64,000 nucleotides of DNA from Octopus vulgaris (GCA_951406725.2 OX597814.1:171368001-171432000), one strand, 5' to 3'. Shown: positions 41,587 through 56,790, numbered from the stretch's first letter. Numbers and translations are program-made. The notes: generated from the letters alone by a model not told the origin.

Positions 41587-42266
41587 CGAAATCCACTCAC
41601 AAGGCTTTAGTTGGCCTGAGGCTATAATAGAAGACACTTGCCCAAGGTGCCACGCAGTGGGACTGAACCCGGAACCACGTGGCTGGAAAGCAAGCTACTT
41701 ACCACACAGCCATTCCTGCGCCTATATCAACGAAATATTCATCTCGTTATCATTTTTCTTGTAGCTGTTGCTATTTAGCCCTAGGTCATTTCTGGTTGAA
41801 CAGGCAGACCTATGATCAAAGGTATCTTATGGTTTGATCATCTCGTCTTTGATTGTGGTGGTTTGTAATGTATTGTGAATTACATTAATCTGGATGCAAG
41901 ATGTGAAGGTGATTTGCAATAGCCGCGGATACGATAACAGTGCTGAGGGTGGTGGTGGTGGTGGTGGTGGTGGTGGTGGTGGTGGTGGTAGTGGTGGTGT
42001 TAGTTGCGGTGGTGACTATAATGGTGACGTATACGATAGTTTTGGTGATGATTGATGTTGTCGTTGTTGTCGTTATTGTTGCTGTTGCTGTTGTTTAAGT
42101 GGTGGTAGTGATTTGGTGATTGCAATGGTAGCGGCATGAGACAGAACTGATGGAAGTAGTTATGGTGGATATTACAGATCTATTGGCGCAATTGTAGTAA
42201 GCTTTATGTTGATGACGACACTGATGATGAAGACGATGACGACGACGACGACGATGATAATGATGG

Positions 42267-42313
<47 letters not shown>

Positions 42314-42969
42314 GTGATGATGATGGTGGTGTTGGTGGTGGAGGTGACGAGTTGCTGGTTTGTTGGTTGGTTGGTTTGTTGCTGGTAGTGATGAGATGTG
42401 TTTAACAGCATGCGCTAAATCTCCAACGATATGTCTTATTAGCAAATATGCATGCTGTGTGCCTCAGCAGGTATTAGAGTCTTTTAAAACATACGTAACA
42501 TACCTTTGTAGGAGGTCTTTTATAGACAGATAGAGACAGGGGAAGAAAGAAAGAAAGACAGACAGAAAGAAAGAAGAGATAAAGAGATAAAGAGAGTGTG
42601 AGTGTGTGTCAGTGACTTGTGTGTGCATGTGTCACAAGAGGGGAAGAGCATTACCAGAATTATATTTACGAGTTAAGCAACAGCCATTATCACATTGGCA
42701 TATATGCATCGCTAGTTAAATAGATACAGTTTCGAGGTTTGTTCACACATGTGCGCACACGTAGGGACACATATACACATTCATACAAATAGACACACAC
42801 ACACACACACATACAAAATATATAAATACATACATATACGCAGACACATGTGAGGGTATCAAATTTTGAGCGATAATATAATATAATATATAGTGATAGT
42901 AACGACAAATAGATATCCGAAAAATAAGACATATTTAACACATGTATGTATGTATGTATATATATATAC

Positions 42970-43050
<81 letters not shown>

Positions 43051-43071
43051 CACATATATATATATACATAT

Positions 43072-43118
<47 letters not shown>

Positions 43119-43150
43119 CATATATTATATGACAATTATTCGGTAGCCAT

Positions 43151-43211
43151 GATAAAGCTCCGAGTTTCGGATGTCGAGGTGGAAATCCACGCCGCCATCT
43201 CTTCAGTTATC
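43151..43211 (-). ncRNA. Degenerate hammerhead motif
   Basis: GATAA CTGAAGA GATG...CATC C GAAA CTCGGAG CT TTATC; U16.1 appears mutated to C. Confidence 0.5.
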
Positions 43212-43341
43212 CGGATAATTGTCACATATTACATTTATCCGAATAATTGTCACATATTACATTTACAGATAAATTCCTCTATTTACACAATATCGAGGTC
43301 ACTTTCATTCTTTTGTTGTCTTACCATTTTAATCAATATAC

Positions 43342-43441
<100 letters not shown>

Positions 43442-43686
43442 TGCATATATGTATATATATGTCTGTCTGTCTGTATGTATGTATGTATGCCAAGGTGCCA
43501 AGCAGTGGGACTGGACCCGGAACCACGTGTTTGGTAACCAAGAAATAAAGTAGCTTGCTTACTAACCACATGGTTCCGGGTTCAGTCCCACTACGTGACA
43601 CCTTGGAAAGTATCTTTGACTATAGCCTCGGGCCGACCAAAGCAATGTGAGTGGATTTGGTAGACGGGAACTGAAAAGAAGCCCGT

Positions 43687-43769
<83 letters not shown>

Positions 43770-44586
43770 CGATACGAATTTCAGCCGCAAGTTTAAAATA
43801 ATACATGTAATTCACTCCTTAGCAGAAAATAGAAAGAATGACTTTTAATAGAAGAACCTTACTTACATTTCAGTATTTGATCCCCAAAAAGCAAACGCAG
43901 TAAATACTAAAAACAACCGAAATATCGAGAGTTCTTTATATCTTTTTCCATCTTCTGTCTTCTTTTTTTTTTTTTACTATTTTCCCGTCATTAGACTGTG
44001 GCTATTCTGGGGCACCACCTCGAAAGCTTTTAGTCGAAGAAATGGATCCCCAGCATTTCTTTTAAAAAGTCTGGTGATTATTCTATCGCTAAGTTTCGGC
44101 GACGTAAACGTACTAACACCAGCCGTCAAACGTGGTGGAATACAAATGCGGACACAAAGACTCACACATATGACTGCATAGATACATAGTTAGATACAGA
44201 TATACAATCGTATATACATAATGACACAAACTCAGATTCCTTCCCACAGAGCCAAGAATGCTCTTATATGAGTTTATAAAACAGGCTTCTTTCAGTTTCC
44301 CTCTACCAAATCCACTCACAAGCTCTGAGGCCATGTATATAAATATAAATAAATAAATAAATAAATATGTGATACAGCATCAAATTCAGTTTGCACTATA
44401 CAACATTTTAGCGAACAGTGAGGGGAGCATTAGAGAAGAGAACATTAGAGAGCTTTTCATATTTAGGGATATTTGGTTGCTATTTCTAGCATATCGAGCG
44501 TTACTTAGATCAGCACTTCTCAATCTGATCCGTATGGCGCTTGGAAACCCGTATATGTATATATATACATATATATATATATATAC

Positions 44587-44617
<31 letters not shown>

Positions 44618-44618
<1 letters not shown>

Positions 44619-44963
44619 AAAAGTAAAAAAAAATAAATATACAAACTGGGACAAGAACGTGAAACATTTAGAAGACGACACAAAAAACACGGACGGGACA
44701 TTCGAAGCCCTCAATCACTCAATCATCAGTCAAGAACCGGATCATCTTCGCAATTTCGGCTGATTAATATATATATATATAAAGGGGAAGTTTACGAAAA
44801 TAAACAAAAGACGAAGGCAGGTGGAGTACAAACAAACAAATGTATTAGTATAGCGCTCAGGAATAGAAAAAAGTCTTTTACGTTTCGAGCCTACGCTCTT
44901 CGACAGAAAGAGAAACAAGGAAAGAAAAAAATGCGTGTAGGAGCTAACGATCTATCATGGCGT

Positions 44964-45055
<92 letters not shown>

Positions 45056-45623
45056 TGTGTGTGTGTGTGTATGCGTGCGTGTGTGTATATGTATATATAT
45101 AGCGAGAATTCACAAAAAAAGAAACAAAAGACGAGGACATGTGGTGTAGACAACAAACAGATGTAATAGTTAAACGCTCGGGAAGTGAAAAAGTCTTTAA
45201 CGTTTCGAGCCTACGCTCTTCCACAGAAAGGATCACTGAAAGAAACAAGGAGAGAATATAAAGAATGTGTAGTGGCTAGCGATCTATCATGGCGAATGCA
45301 GGACAGAAGAGTCACACAGGAGAGCTAGGGAGAAGGGGAGATAAAAAAGTAGTGGTGATCCCAAAACGAAGGTGCGCGTGCGTGTGTATAATAGAGTTTG
45401 TATGTGCGTGTGGAAGAGGGCTGGTGATCTTGAAGTGTGCGTGTGTGCATGTGTAGGTGTGTGGATAATGGTGTGGGTGCTGGGAAGCACCCATTTGCCC
45501 ACTTTTTCATTATTCCCAAGCGTTATACTAACACAACTGCTTGTTCTCTCACCTTTTGTTCCCTCATCTTTTGTTTTCTGTTAAGTTCGATTATATATAT
45601 ATGTGTGTGCGCGTATGTTTGTG

Positions 45624-45703
<80 letters not shown>

Positions 45704-46417
45704 AAAAAAAATAGGACAAGAACGCAAAACATCCTGACAGCTAGGTGATACAAAAATGGTACAACAAAACATCCAGATAGACGACATAGAGAAAACAAGG
45801 ACGGGTCATTCGAAGTTTTCTTTCCTCAGTTAAGTACCAGATTATCTTCACAATTTCGGCTGATTATACTTGAGATTGCTCCAATCTGACCAGCCCCAAG
45901 GAAAAACTAAGCTAAGCGAATGTATCCAAAAACAAGGACGAATAAAAAACGGACGATGTTACACAAATACAATAAAAATAATAACAGGACATAACAACAG
46001 GTGTCTTTCGACTAAGGACGAATTAAATTAAGCTGCCGTGTGTGGAAATGAAGCCTTACGGCAAGGATACACGATTTCACAAACACAGGGAAGAATATCG
46101 ATGTTGCACGGACAACGGCCAGACCAAGAAAGAAAGAACAGGCTTGGCCGAACGCCGGTCACGTGGGAAGAGAAGAGAGAGAAGTAGAAGCAGAGGGACA
46201 GAAGAATTAAGGAGGAGCGAGAAAAAGTGACAGGGACACAGCGAAGGGAAAAGTGTAGGGAAACTGACCAAGAAGAGAAGGCAAAGAAATGTGAGAGAGG
46301 AGGAATGAAAGAACGAAGAGTAGAATGAAAGAATAAGCGTGAAAGGGCTGATAGACAGAAATAGAGTCGAACAAGAGTTAGAAAAATGTATACTTACATA
46401 TAAGAGACCAAAGTGCA

Positions 46418-46473
<56 letters not shown>

Positions 46474-46482
46474 TATATATAT

Positions 46483-46522
<40 letters not shown>

Positions 46523-46758
46523 CTTACTTGGAAGTGGATGTGTGGCGTTCGATCATATAATAACAGCATAATAAATAAAACATGCAGATATGGGTACAGG
46601 ACCGCCCCCACAAAAAAACCGTAGAACACAATGAGAAACGAAAACATAAAAACAAAAACATGGAAACGGACTTTTTTCAAACAACGAAAAAACAGAGTAC
46701 AAGACATACAACACAAGGAATAATCCCCTTCTTCGGTTGCCCCTGTTTCGACTACTTC

Positions 46759-46760
<2 letters not shown>
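44618..46760 (-). mobile_element. Cluster of Penelope-like 3'-end fragments separated by microsatellites
   Basis: Segments recur at 31065-31199, 30466-30523, 40690-40810 and 59155-59340; two carry hammerhead-like motifs (44875-44910, 45195-45230). No coding evidence, so the Penelope call is inference. Confidence 0.6.
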
Positions 46761-46814
<54 letters not shown>

Positions 46815-47414
46815 ATATATATATGTATATATACACCAGGTGGTGCTATTAAGTTAGACATGGCCTGGGCCAATAATGGCCGAAACTTATCAAAGTATCA
46901 AAGTATATATATATATATGCAGACACACATATACACACACACATATAAACGTACACATATCTATGCGTACGCAGTTGTCTTGGGATCACGCAATAGTTGT
47001 AAATATATATATACCAGTATGTAAGCGCGCAATTTTTTTCTTAGATGTTTCAAGAATTGCTATGCGTTTAATGCGACCATATTACGGATGTGATATCCGG
47101 TGTATGAATCTATGACGAAGCATAAGAAATTTATGGTTTGTACCTTATTCGATTGTACGTCTTAATCCCGGCAAATACGGTGGATAATACACATATTCGA
47201 TATAGGAATGTTTTTTATACATTCCAACTGCGACCATCTCAACTGTTTCTTATCTGCAAAGAACTCAGGAACACATCACTTAACGTTTACTTTTTTCTTT
47301 CGAATATGAGGAATATTTAGCTATTGTCTCTAGCAGATGAAGTGGCTACGTTGAGGCCCTTGCGTTAATCTATGATTTATTGAATCATGGCCAATCATCA
47401 TCATCATCATCATC

Positions 47415-47480
<66 letters not shown>

Positions 47481-47890
47481 GACGTCGTCTTTGTCGTCGT
47501 CGTCGTCGTCATCATCATCATCATCATCTTCATCATCATCATCATCATCAGTAGCAGCAGCAGCAACAGCTGCTGACATTATTCGTCAAGAGTAACACTC
47601 AAATTTGTTTCGTTATGTTACGGATATAGATTACATCTTCGATTTCGTTCCATGATTAAAGTTATTCTCGGCGAAATGCTCGAAAATATGTCGTGACAAG
47701 AATAAGAATACTGTAGATGCTTATTATACATTCAGTCCGCACACATATGTGATACAGCATCAAATTCAGTTTGCACTATACAACATTTTAGCGAGCAGTG
47801 AAGGGAGCATTAGAGAAGAGAACATTAAAGAGCTTTTCATTTTTAAGGATATTTGGTTACTATTTCTAGCATATCGAGCGTTACTTAGAT

Positions 47891-48414
47891 CAGTACTTCT
47901 CAAACTGGTCCATATGACGCTTGGAAACCCGTATAAGATTTTGTTGTAAAATTTATGTGCTATATATTGCGTATACTTCTACAACACACTAATTTTTTTA
48001 CCAATTTCTTTTATACTATAAATAATATTTCAGTATAATAATATTAGGGAGGCGCGTGGCTTAGTTGTTATGCTGTCAGCATCATGATCGTAAGATTGTG
48101 GTTTCGATTCCTGGACCGGGCGATGCGTTGTGTTCTTAAGCAAAACACTTCATTTCACGTTGCTCCAGTCCACTTGACTGGCAAAAATGAATAACGCTGC
48201 GATGGACTGGCGTCCCGTCCAGCTGGGGAACACATACGCCATTGAAACCGGGAAACCGAGCCCATGAGCCTGGCTAGGCTTTAAAAGGGCGCATATATTT
48301 TTATTTATAATAATATAAGAGGATTCTTTTAAAGGTCGAATGTCTATGGAGGCGCCTCCGGGCAAAATAGGAATCAATGGGAGTCCATGGGCAATAAATG
48401 GTTGAGAACCACCG
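47891..48414. mobile_element. Old hAT MITE interrupted by a SINE
   Basis: Ends CAGTACTTCTCAAAC / GGTTGAGAACCACCG; TSD is eroded. Confidence 0.6.
48048..48302 (+). mobile_element. SINE head B + tail X
   Basis: Colinear with the reverse complement of 17640-17896. Confidence 0.88.
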
Positions 48415-48767
48415 CTACAGATGCTTGCTTATTGGCCCGTTGTAGTTGTGGTTGTTATTTTTAGTTAAAACTCACTCCAGATCAATTCTGATCGAACAGT
48501 ATTCCAGCCGTAATCATCTGCATATATTTCAGTTTATTTTATACATAGTTGGAGCACGACTACATTATACAGAGTAACCTCTCCTTCTCTTCGATCTGAG
48601 GGAGATTGGGTAACTATTTCGAGTATATCAAAACACCATAGAAAAACTCCTTCATTAGTTCGTAAAACATAATTTATAGTACATAATGTTATGCCTATAT
48701 TATTTATGAAGGTGTTCCATTTGCACACTCATTAGGGTGTCAGGCAAATGCAATAATTGTGTGTGTG

Positions 48768-48848
<81 letters not shown>

Positions 48849-49002
48849 CTCTATCGTTATATTTAGATGTGAAAAGGGATTAAAAAATCATGGCAGGTAT
48901 ATTATATTTATATTTATGTATAGGCGAAGGCGTGGGTGTATAGTGAGAAGTTTGCTTCCCAACCACATGGTTCAGGGTTCAATCCCACTACTTCATACTT
49001 GC

Positions 49003-49236
49003 CTATTTCTTTACTGCCCACAAGGGGCTAAACACAGAAGGGACAAACAAGGACAGACAAACGGATCAAGTCGATATTATGGACCCCAGTGCGTAACTGG
49101 TACTTAGTTAATCGACCCCGAAAGGATGAAAGGCAAAGTCGACCTCGGCGGAATTTGAACTCAGAACGTAGCGGCAGACGAAATACCGCTAAGCATTTTC
49201 CCCGGCGTGCTAACGCTTCTGGCAGCTCGCCGCCCT
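49003..49236 (-). mobile_element. SINE family M (tail 1)
   Basis: Full-length match to the family. Confidence 0.9.
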
Positions 49237-49591
49237 TTATACATACACCGATTGTTCAAGAACACCTGAATATCACAGAGCAGGTGACACATCTTGCCTC
49301 AGAATCCCCGAGAATGATAGACATTGACATTTCGCCATTATTGCGGCTTATCAATATCATGTATTTGGATCATCTTGAAATGAATTGAATCTCAAGTTTA
49401 CGGCTTATATGCAAATAAAGTGAAATCTATTTGCTGATGCGCTACTGTGTCATATACGAGCATAGATAGACGGTATATGTTTTTGTTTCATTGATTCAAG
49501 TTTGTTAAACACATAGACATCGTTAACATCATATAAATAAACAGTGTTACTTGATTCCTATTGACGAGTCAACGGTAGTCTCTCTCTTTGT

Positions 49592-49820
49592 GGCGAGCTG
49601 GCAGAAACGTTAGCACGCCGGGCGAAATGCTTAGCGGTATTTCGTCTGCGTTACGTTGTGAGTTCAAATTCCGCCGAGGTCGACTTTGCCTTTCATCTTT
49701 TCGGGGTCGATAAATTAAGTACCAGTTACGCACTGGGGTCGATGTAATCGACTTAATACCTATGTCTGTCCTTGTTTGTCTGCTCTGTGTTTAGCCCCTT
49801 GTGGGTAATAAAGAAATAGG
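49592..49820 (+). mobile_element. SINE family M (tail 1) with ~20-bp TSD
   Basis: GGTAGTCTCTCT(C/T)TTTGTGG at 49574-49593 and 49819-49838. Confidence 0.9.
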
Positions 49821-50268
49821 TAGTCTCTCTTTTTGTGGTCTTTTCAGCTGTTAGAAACCTTAGCCAATTTTCATCAAATCATACTTTACTCTATCACAAC
49901 ATGCTTTGTCTAATGGAATGTTTATTATCATCATCGTCATCATCACGTATATATGTATCCATATATGTGTGTGCGCGTGTATATACATATATACACACAT
50001 ACGTATATACATACTTTCATAGATATGTGTGTGTGTGTGTGTGTGTGTATATATTTGCGTATTAAGGTTACCGTTGGTTTCATGTTAAGAAAATATCTTA
50101 GTATCTTAACAATTTTTCAAGCCGATCACATGGAGGAATGGTGTTTGTCTCCATTAACATGAAACCAATGGTAGCCTTAATACAAAAATAAAGAAATTTT
50201 ATCCACCAACGCGGTGTCGAGCATTCATTCTCATTGTTCGACATTTACGTGTATACACACACACACAC

Positions 50269-50584
50269 AGGTAAAATAGAAGTTGAAAATGCACTGAGAA
50301 TCGTTCTTTTATTATATGTAAGATTTAACCGGTTTCACAATTTCCACTGATTTTCAAAATGTCAAAATAGAAAGACGTGACTTATGTTGTAACTGTCTTG
50401 CTTCTGACTAGTCAGAATGAAAGCAATGAAATAAGTCAGAAGCAAAACAGTTGCGACGTAAGTCACGCCTTTCTATTTCAACTTTTTTGAAAATCAGCGT
50501 AGACTGTGAAACCGGTTAAATCTTTAAATAAGATAAAAAAATATTTTAACTATTCTCAGTGCATTTTCAACTTCTATTTTACCT
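50269..50584. repeat. Imperfect fold-back inverted repeat with UUGAAAA hammerhead-like motifs
   Basis: Arms of ~140 bp; right arm TTT TTGAAAA T CAG..CTG T GAAA CCGG TT AAA (50484-50520). Confidence 0.8.
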
Positions 50585-50794
50585 CGTGAGGAATAAAATA
50601 ACTTTGTTTTATATCTATATAAATATAAGGGGTGGTATTATTGAAATACCATTACGTATGGCAAGCGAGTTTATCAGCCGTGCAGGCAAATTAATAAAAT
50701 ACATACATACAGTATAATATATGCTTGACCGCGTGTGTACCGTTGGCGATTTTTTTCCTCCGTCTTACCTTCTCTGGATCTTTCCTTTACCTAT

Positions 50795-50829
50795 GTTTCT
50801 GACGAAGAGCTCCGCTCGAAACGTTCAAC
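50795..50829 (+). ncRNA. Minimal hammerhead motif
   Basis: GTTT CTGACGA A GAGC TCC GCTC GAAA CG TT CAAC; one stem I mismatch. Confidence 0.7.
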
Positions 50830-50945
50830 CCTCCTTCTTTCCTTCCTTCCTGAGCGTCCAATAATACTATATTTGTTCCACGTCCTCGCGTTGTTGTGTT
50901 TTCTCTTTGCGTTTTCATGTTTGGATTAACTTTATATATATATAT

Positions 50946-51361
50946 TACGCTTTTACGCTTTCACTTGTTTCAGTCATTTGACTGCGGCCATGCTGGAGCA
51001 CCGCCTTTAATCAAGCAACTCGACCCCGGGACTTATTCTTTTGTAAGCCCAGTACTTATTCTATCGGTCTCTTTTGCCGAACCGCTAAGTAACAGGGACA
51101 TAAACACACCAGCATCGGTTGTCAAGCAATGCTAGGGGGACAAACACAGACACACAAACATATACACACACACTTATATATATATATATACAGATATACG
51201 ACAGGCTTCTTTCAGTTTCCGTCTACCAAATCCACTCACAAGGCATTGGTCGGCCCGGGGCTATAGCAGAAGACACTTGCCCAAGATGCCACGCAGTGGG
51301 ACTGAACCCGGAACCATGTGGTTGGTTAGCAAGCTACTTACCACACAGCCACTCCTGCGCC
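50946..51361 (-). mobile_element. Full-length SINE family C
   Basis: tRNA-like head (TGGCTGTGTGG; GGTTCAGTCCC), CORE-like CTTGGGCAAGT, internal microsatellite, LINE-like tail. Further copies at ~33210-33955, 34785-34932, 41075-41722 and 43490-44335. Confidence 0.9.
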
Positions 51362-51627
51362 GATATATATATATATACACATACACGAAGGCACCACATG
51401 AGCACCTGCATTGCTAAAAATAGAAGCCCAAAATACTTCTGTAGCACAGAATAGTCACAAATCTAATACAGGCGTGGTAGGAAAAAAATTCTAGTGAACA
51501 TTCAAAACGTCTTACCTCTGCCATGTCAGCAGAAGCAATACCGGCCAACCTGGTACCTGTTTCGAAAGTAGTGCCAAGAGGCGCCCGTTTCTCAAAGACG
51601 GTATACATACATACATACATACATACA

Positions 51628-51663
<36 letters not shown>

Positions 51664-52555
51664 TGACCGCCTTTTTCAGTTTCAATCTACCGCATCCACT
51701 CAACGTGGAGCAATAATAGAAAACTCTGAAACCATACCTACGCGGTTAATTTTTTCTAAGACAGTAAAATATAGTCTGAGGGATGTATAGCTGATACTTC
51801 TAGCAGTACGTGCGACCAAGTAGGGGATCTTTGTCACCCTTGTAACACTGTCATTGAAGGAATGACCTCATGTACTGTATCTGGTCCACTTTATGTTCTT
51901 CACTAACTCTTCCTTCCCCTCCTCCACTTATTTCATTGCTTTCATTCTCGTTGGGTACGACACAAGTACGATGTCTTCTGGAACAATGAATAAGGAAGTA
52001 GTTTATTCTTACATTTATTCTTACTTTCCTTCCTTCCTTCCTTCCTTCCATCTTTCTTTCCTTTCTCCTTGGTAGGAGGTAGGATTGTATACGACAAAAG
52101 AATTATTGTGTAAGGGCAATGTATATATATATATATACATATATATATACACATAGGAATATATATATGTATATATATGCATATATATATATACATACAT
52201 ATGTGTGTATATATATATACATATGCGTATATATATAAGTGTGTATATAAATATATATATACATATGTGTATGCGTGTTTGTTAGAGAAATATGTATACC
52301 TACATATGTGATATGTGTACAATATACATATATATTTATGCGTAAGCATATTTTTGGGTATGTTTGCAGACATACACAAACACACACACATACATGCACA
52401 CACACATACACGCACATACACACACATACAGACACACACACACACACACACGTACACACACACGCACACACACTTGCATCCTTCTTTTTCCTATTTATAC
52501 GTGTAAAATATGTTCGCATGTGCGTATTAGCAGGATAGAGAAAGAGAAGAGAAGA

Positions 52556-52629
<74 letters not shown>

Positions 52630-52970
52630 TACAGACAGATAGAGGCAGAGGAGAAGAGCTAGAGAAAAATACAGAGACCAGATAGGGGAGAGAGGAAAGA
52701 AAAGAGATGGAGGTTCCTGTATGGCAAGGTATGTGAAACAAGCACGTGTTCACTAAATAGAAAGATGTTCTGTTGGTGTGGTGCATACCATTATGAATAC
52801 CTACTGCCAAGGTATTTGATGAATGCTACCGAGGCTAACCAAATCTTGAACGAAAGCTCGGTGCGAATCTTAGAGTAAAAGGTCACTTCTAATCGTACGT
52901 TAAAACGTAAAATTCGTTGGTTAAAAATTCGCTGGCTAATGTCATGTATAACGCACATGTATATACCACC

Positions 52971-53092
<122 letters not shown>

Positions 53093-53117
53093 ATGAATCT
53101 TCTCTTTTCTCTCTCTC

Positions 53118-53231
<114 letters not shown>

Positions 53232-53440
53232 GAATATATATATATATATGTGTGTGTGTGTAGGTATGTATGTGTGTAGGTATGTATGTGTGTGTGTATA
53301 CATATGTACATATATATGCATATACATACATATATATTTACATATATATGTATATATGTATATATACATATATACATATATATATGTATATATGTATATG
53401 TATATATGTGTGTATATATATATGCGTATATATATGTGTG

Positions 53441-53493
<53 letters not shown>

Positions 53494-54463
53494 AAACCTT
53501 ATACATTCCAGCAAGTGCTCAACAGAAACAATGTGAGGGTGAGTTTCTGGTGCACGCCAAGCGTATCCATTATTATCAAAAGTGATAATGGAAAGGTAAA
53601 AGCAAATGAATAAATAAAAAGCAAAGAAAAAAAAAAAAGAAGAAAAAGAAAACAGAAGCGAAACAGGAAACAAACGGCCGAATATGCAAAATGTGCCGAA
53701 GTTTACCTGCTCTGTCACCTGAAAGGAAATGATTAACTCCAGGTAATTACATCATACCTGGTTCTGACGTCATTGGAGTAAAGGTTGGTCTCATTCAGCA
53801 ATTCAAGATTCAGAAAGAAGCTCTTTAAAAAGTGGATGCACTATTACAACAGGTACGCTATATTGTTGCTACATAATGAAAAAAAGCATGGCTCTGTGGT
53901 TATGAAGCTCGTTTTGCAACCAGGAGATTTCGGGTTCGGTCCTACAGTGTGGCACCTTCAGCAAATGTCTTCTACTACGGCCGCCAGGCCCAGTGAAGCT
54001 TTGTGAATGTATTTTTGGTTAACGGAGACTGTGTGGAAAGCCACGGTGCTTATGTTCGTGATCGAGTTTGTATCCCACGGACGCTTGAGAGCCAGTGTCA
54101 ATTTGTTTATAACCTTGTAGGTTATAGGCGTAGGAGTACATACACACATACATACATACATAAATACATACATACATACATACATACATACATACATACA
54201 TACATACATACATACATACATACATACATAAATATATAGCTCACAGCTGAGATCTCAGTGTAGGAGATACTTAGTAGTGCTCAAAAGATTCAAACTTAGA
54301 CTCCTAAGTCTTTTCAGAGGAACAATTCCACAGGGTAAAGAACGGCTTTAACGAGGATCAAGTTGAGTGGATATAGAAGCAATTATACGAATAAACGAAT
54401 TATATACATTTAACATAATATAACAGTTTGGGCACGAAACACTAAATATGTATATCTATGTAT

Positions 54464-54961
54464 ATATATTATTCAAAGGAATTCCAACTTTTATAATATT
54501 AATGTAGGATATAGAATATATAGTAGTTATAGTAAAATGAAATGAAGCATTGATTGTCTTATTGAATAGATGAAATATTGAATATCAAATATTAAGGGAC
54601 TAGTATACTTTCTTGCATTTAAGCAGTTTTCAAGGTCCCAGGTTGTGACAGGAATGTTTCAACTGTAGTTGACTGGCTGTCTTTTGTCCTTTATATACGT
54701 TCCTGTGGACAGCGGTAGTAGTTGTTTAGCTATTTTTAGAGAAACAATTGAAACATTCCTGTCATAACTTGGGACCTTGAAGATTGCTTAAATGCAAGAA
54801 AGTATACTAGTCTCTTAATATTTGATATTCAATAAGACAATCAATACTTCATTTGATTTTACTATATATACTATATATATACTATATATTCTATATCCTA
54901 CATTAATATTATAAGAATATAAATAAAACAAAAACAAGTTGGAATTCCTTTGAATAATATA
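54464..54961. repeat. Long inverted repeat (~200-bp arms) with hammerhead-like motifs in both arms
   Basis: Right arm GGGAC C TTGAAGA TTGC..GCAA GAAA GTATAC TA GTCTC (54771-54814); the left arm (minus) has TTGAAAA and GGGAC/GTCCC. Confidence 0.82.
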
Positions 54962-54991
54962 TTCCTCTATACACAATCAAACAAACCCCTT

Positions 54992-55048
<57 letters not shown>

Positions 55049-55204
55049 TAGAAAAAACCCACCTTTTATCAATTCAAAATGAACAATTAAATTACACCAT
55101 CTAGAAAATTACATATGATAGAAATATTAAAATAAAAATAACAATAATATACCGATGATTAAGTAAATTGCAAAAAATAATAAAAACGTATACAATTGGT
55201 AGAA

Positions 55205-55308
55205 TAACGACACGTGTTTCGTGGGTATATTTAAGAAATTATTATAGTAAAAAAATTAATAGTAGTAGTAAAATCACTTCGATATAAATATAGCCACTCA
55301 TCAGGTTA
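55205..55308 (-). ncRNA. Canonical minimal type I hammerhead with long AU-rich stem II
   Basis: TAAC CTGATGA GTGG.TATATTTA...TAAATATA.CCAC GAAA CACGTG TC GTTA. Confidence 0.82.
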
Positions 55309-55350
55309 AAAATAAACTAGAATAATAAAATAATTAATTAATAAATATAC

Positions 55351-55398
<48 letters not shown>

Positions 55399-55434
55399 TA
55401 CTAAACATACATTAAGTGAAAACTAAAAATATAC

Positions 55435-55780
55435 ATACATGCAAAACGGGAGAAAGCAAAAGATGGAGACTTCCAGACTTTTGGTACAAATATTTAGATA
55501 TTTATATTAATAGATGCAGCTTATACAGGGTACAAACAACAGAGAAAATTAAAGGTGCGTAAGATAGGTATTATAAGTCCGACAGCTATTTCTGGGAGCT
55601 CGGAGATCCATGATAATGTTCATAGATGTAGTTCATTACAATATGAGGCCCGTTAATTTTCTCTGACGTTTGTACTCAGTGTAAAGTTGGATCTATTAAT
55701 ATAAATATCTATATATTTGTACTTAAATATTTATCGTCTGAAAGCCTCCATCTTTTTGCTTTTTCTCGTTTTGCATGTAT
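55435..55780. repeat. Diverged inverted repeat (~120-bp arms)
   Basis: ATGCAAAACG.GA..AAGCAAAAGATGGAG versus CTCCATCTTTTTGCTTTTTCTCGTTTTGCAT; the spacer holds a hammerhead-like 3' half (minus GAAA TAGCTG TC GGAC). Confidence 0.75.
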
Positions 55781-55952
55781 ACGTATATACAGAATTTTTT
55801 TTTGTTTCATGTCGAAACTATTATATTTAATATATCTAATTTATTTATCCTCATAATTGCCACTATATACATACGTGAGTGTGTATGTATATATACATGC
55901 ATACATACATACATATACATGCATACATACATATACATATATATATACATAT

Positions 55953-55984
<32 letters not shown>

Positions 55985-56098
55985 CTTAGAAGAAATGAGG
56001 TACTCAGAAATCTTGATGGTTTTATATTTACAGATATTTATTAGTATGATATATATATATATATATATATATATAATCATATGCATACATATGTATAT

Positions 56099-56168
<70 letters not shown>

Positions 56169-56790
56169 TTATGTATGTATGTGTGCGTGCCTGTATGCGT
56201 GTCTCTCTCTCTCTCTGTATATGTGTGTATGTGTGATGAGAGAGGGAGCATGAGAAGCCGACATACACATATTCACGCATACAAGTAATGTATCACACAC
56301 ATACAAGACACATGTGCACACACGCACACTCGCATACATACATACGCACGCGCATACACTCTCATGCTTATGAGCATGCGCTCATACATACTCACATATC
56401 TGTGCATACATACGCAAGTGCATAGATATTGTATATACAAAAAAAAAGAAAAGAAGAAGAATATGAAGAACTGTTGATTAGTAAGACAGGAAGAGAGTGT
56501 TTGTTTATCAATTGGCATAAATCAGCTTCATTACCCGAACAACATTAACACCACTTCCTTTTTCTTGTCCCTCCTTCCATCTTGAATTTTATTTCATCCA
56601 CCCCACCACCGCCACTCCATCATCATTCCTTTCCTCATCATTATCATGTTCATCGTTGCTCTACACTCATCATACAGTTTGATAGTAAAGCATCTTCATA
56701 ATACTCTTGCAGATATGCACGTAGGCACATATCCATTCACGTGGGTAGCAGTAGACACATGTATTCACGTATTCAAGCGCACATATATTT

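Noticed and set aside
51516-51600. Minus-strand exon ending at GAG|GTAAGA; also CAG|GTAAGT at ~11116 on the plus strand
   Set aside because: Donor-like sites with no convincing acceptor or recognisable peptide; expected by chance.
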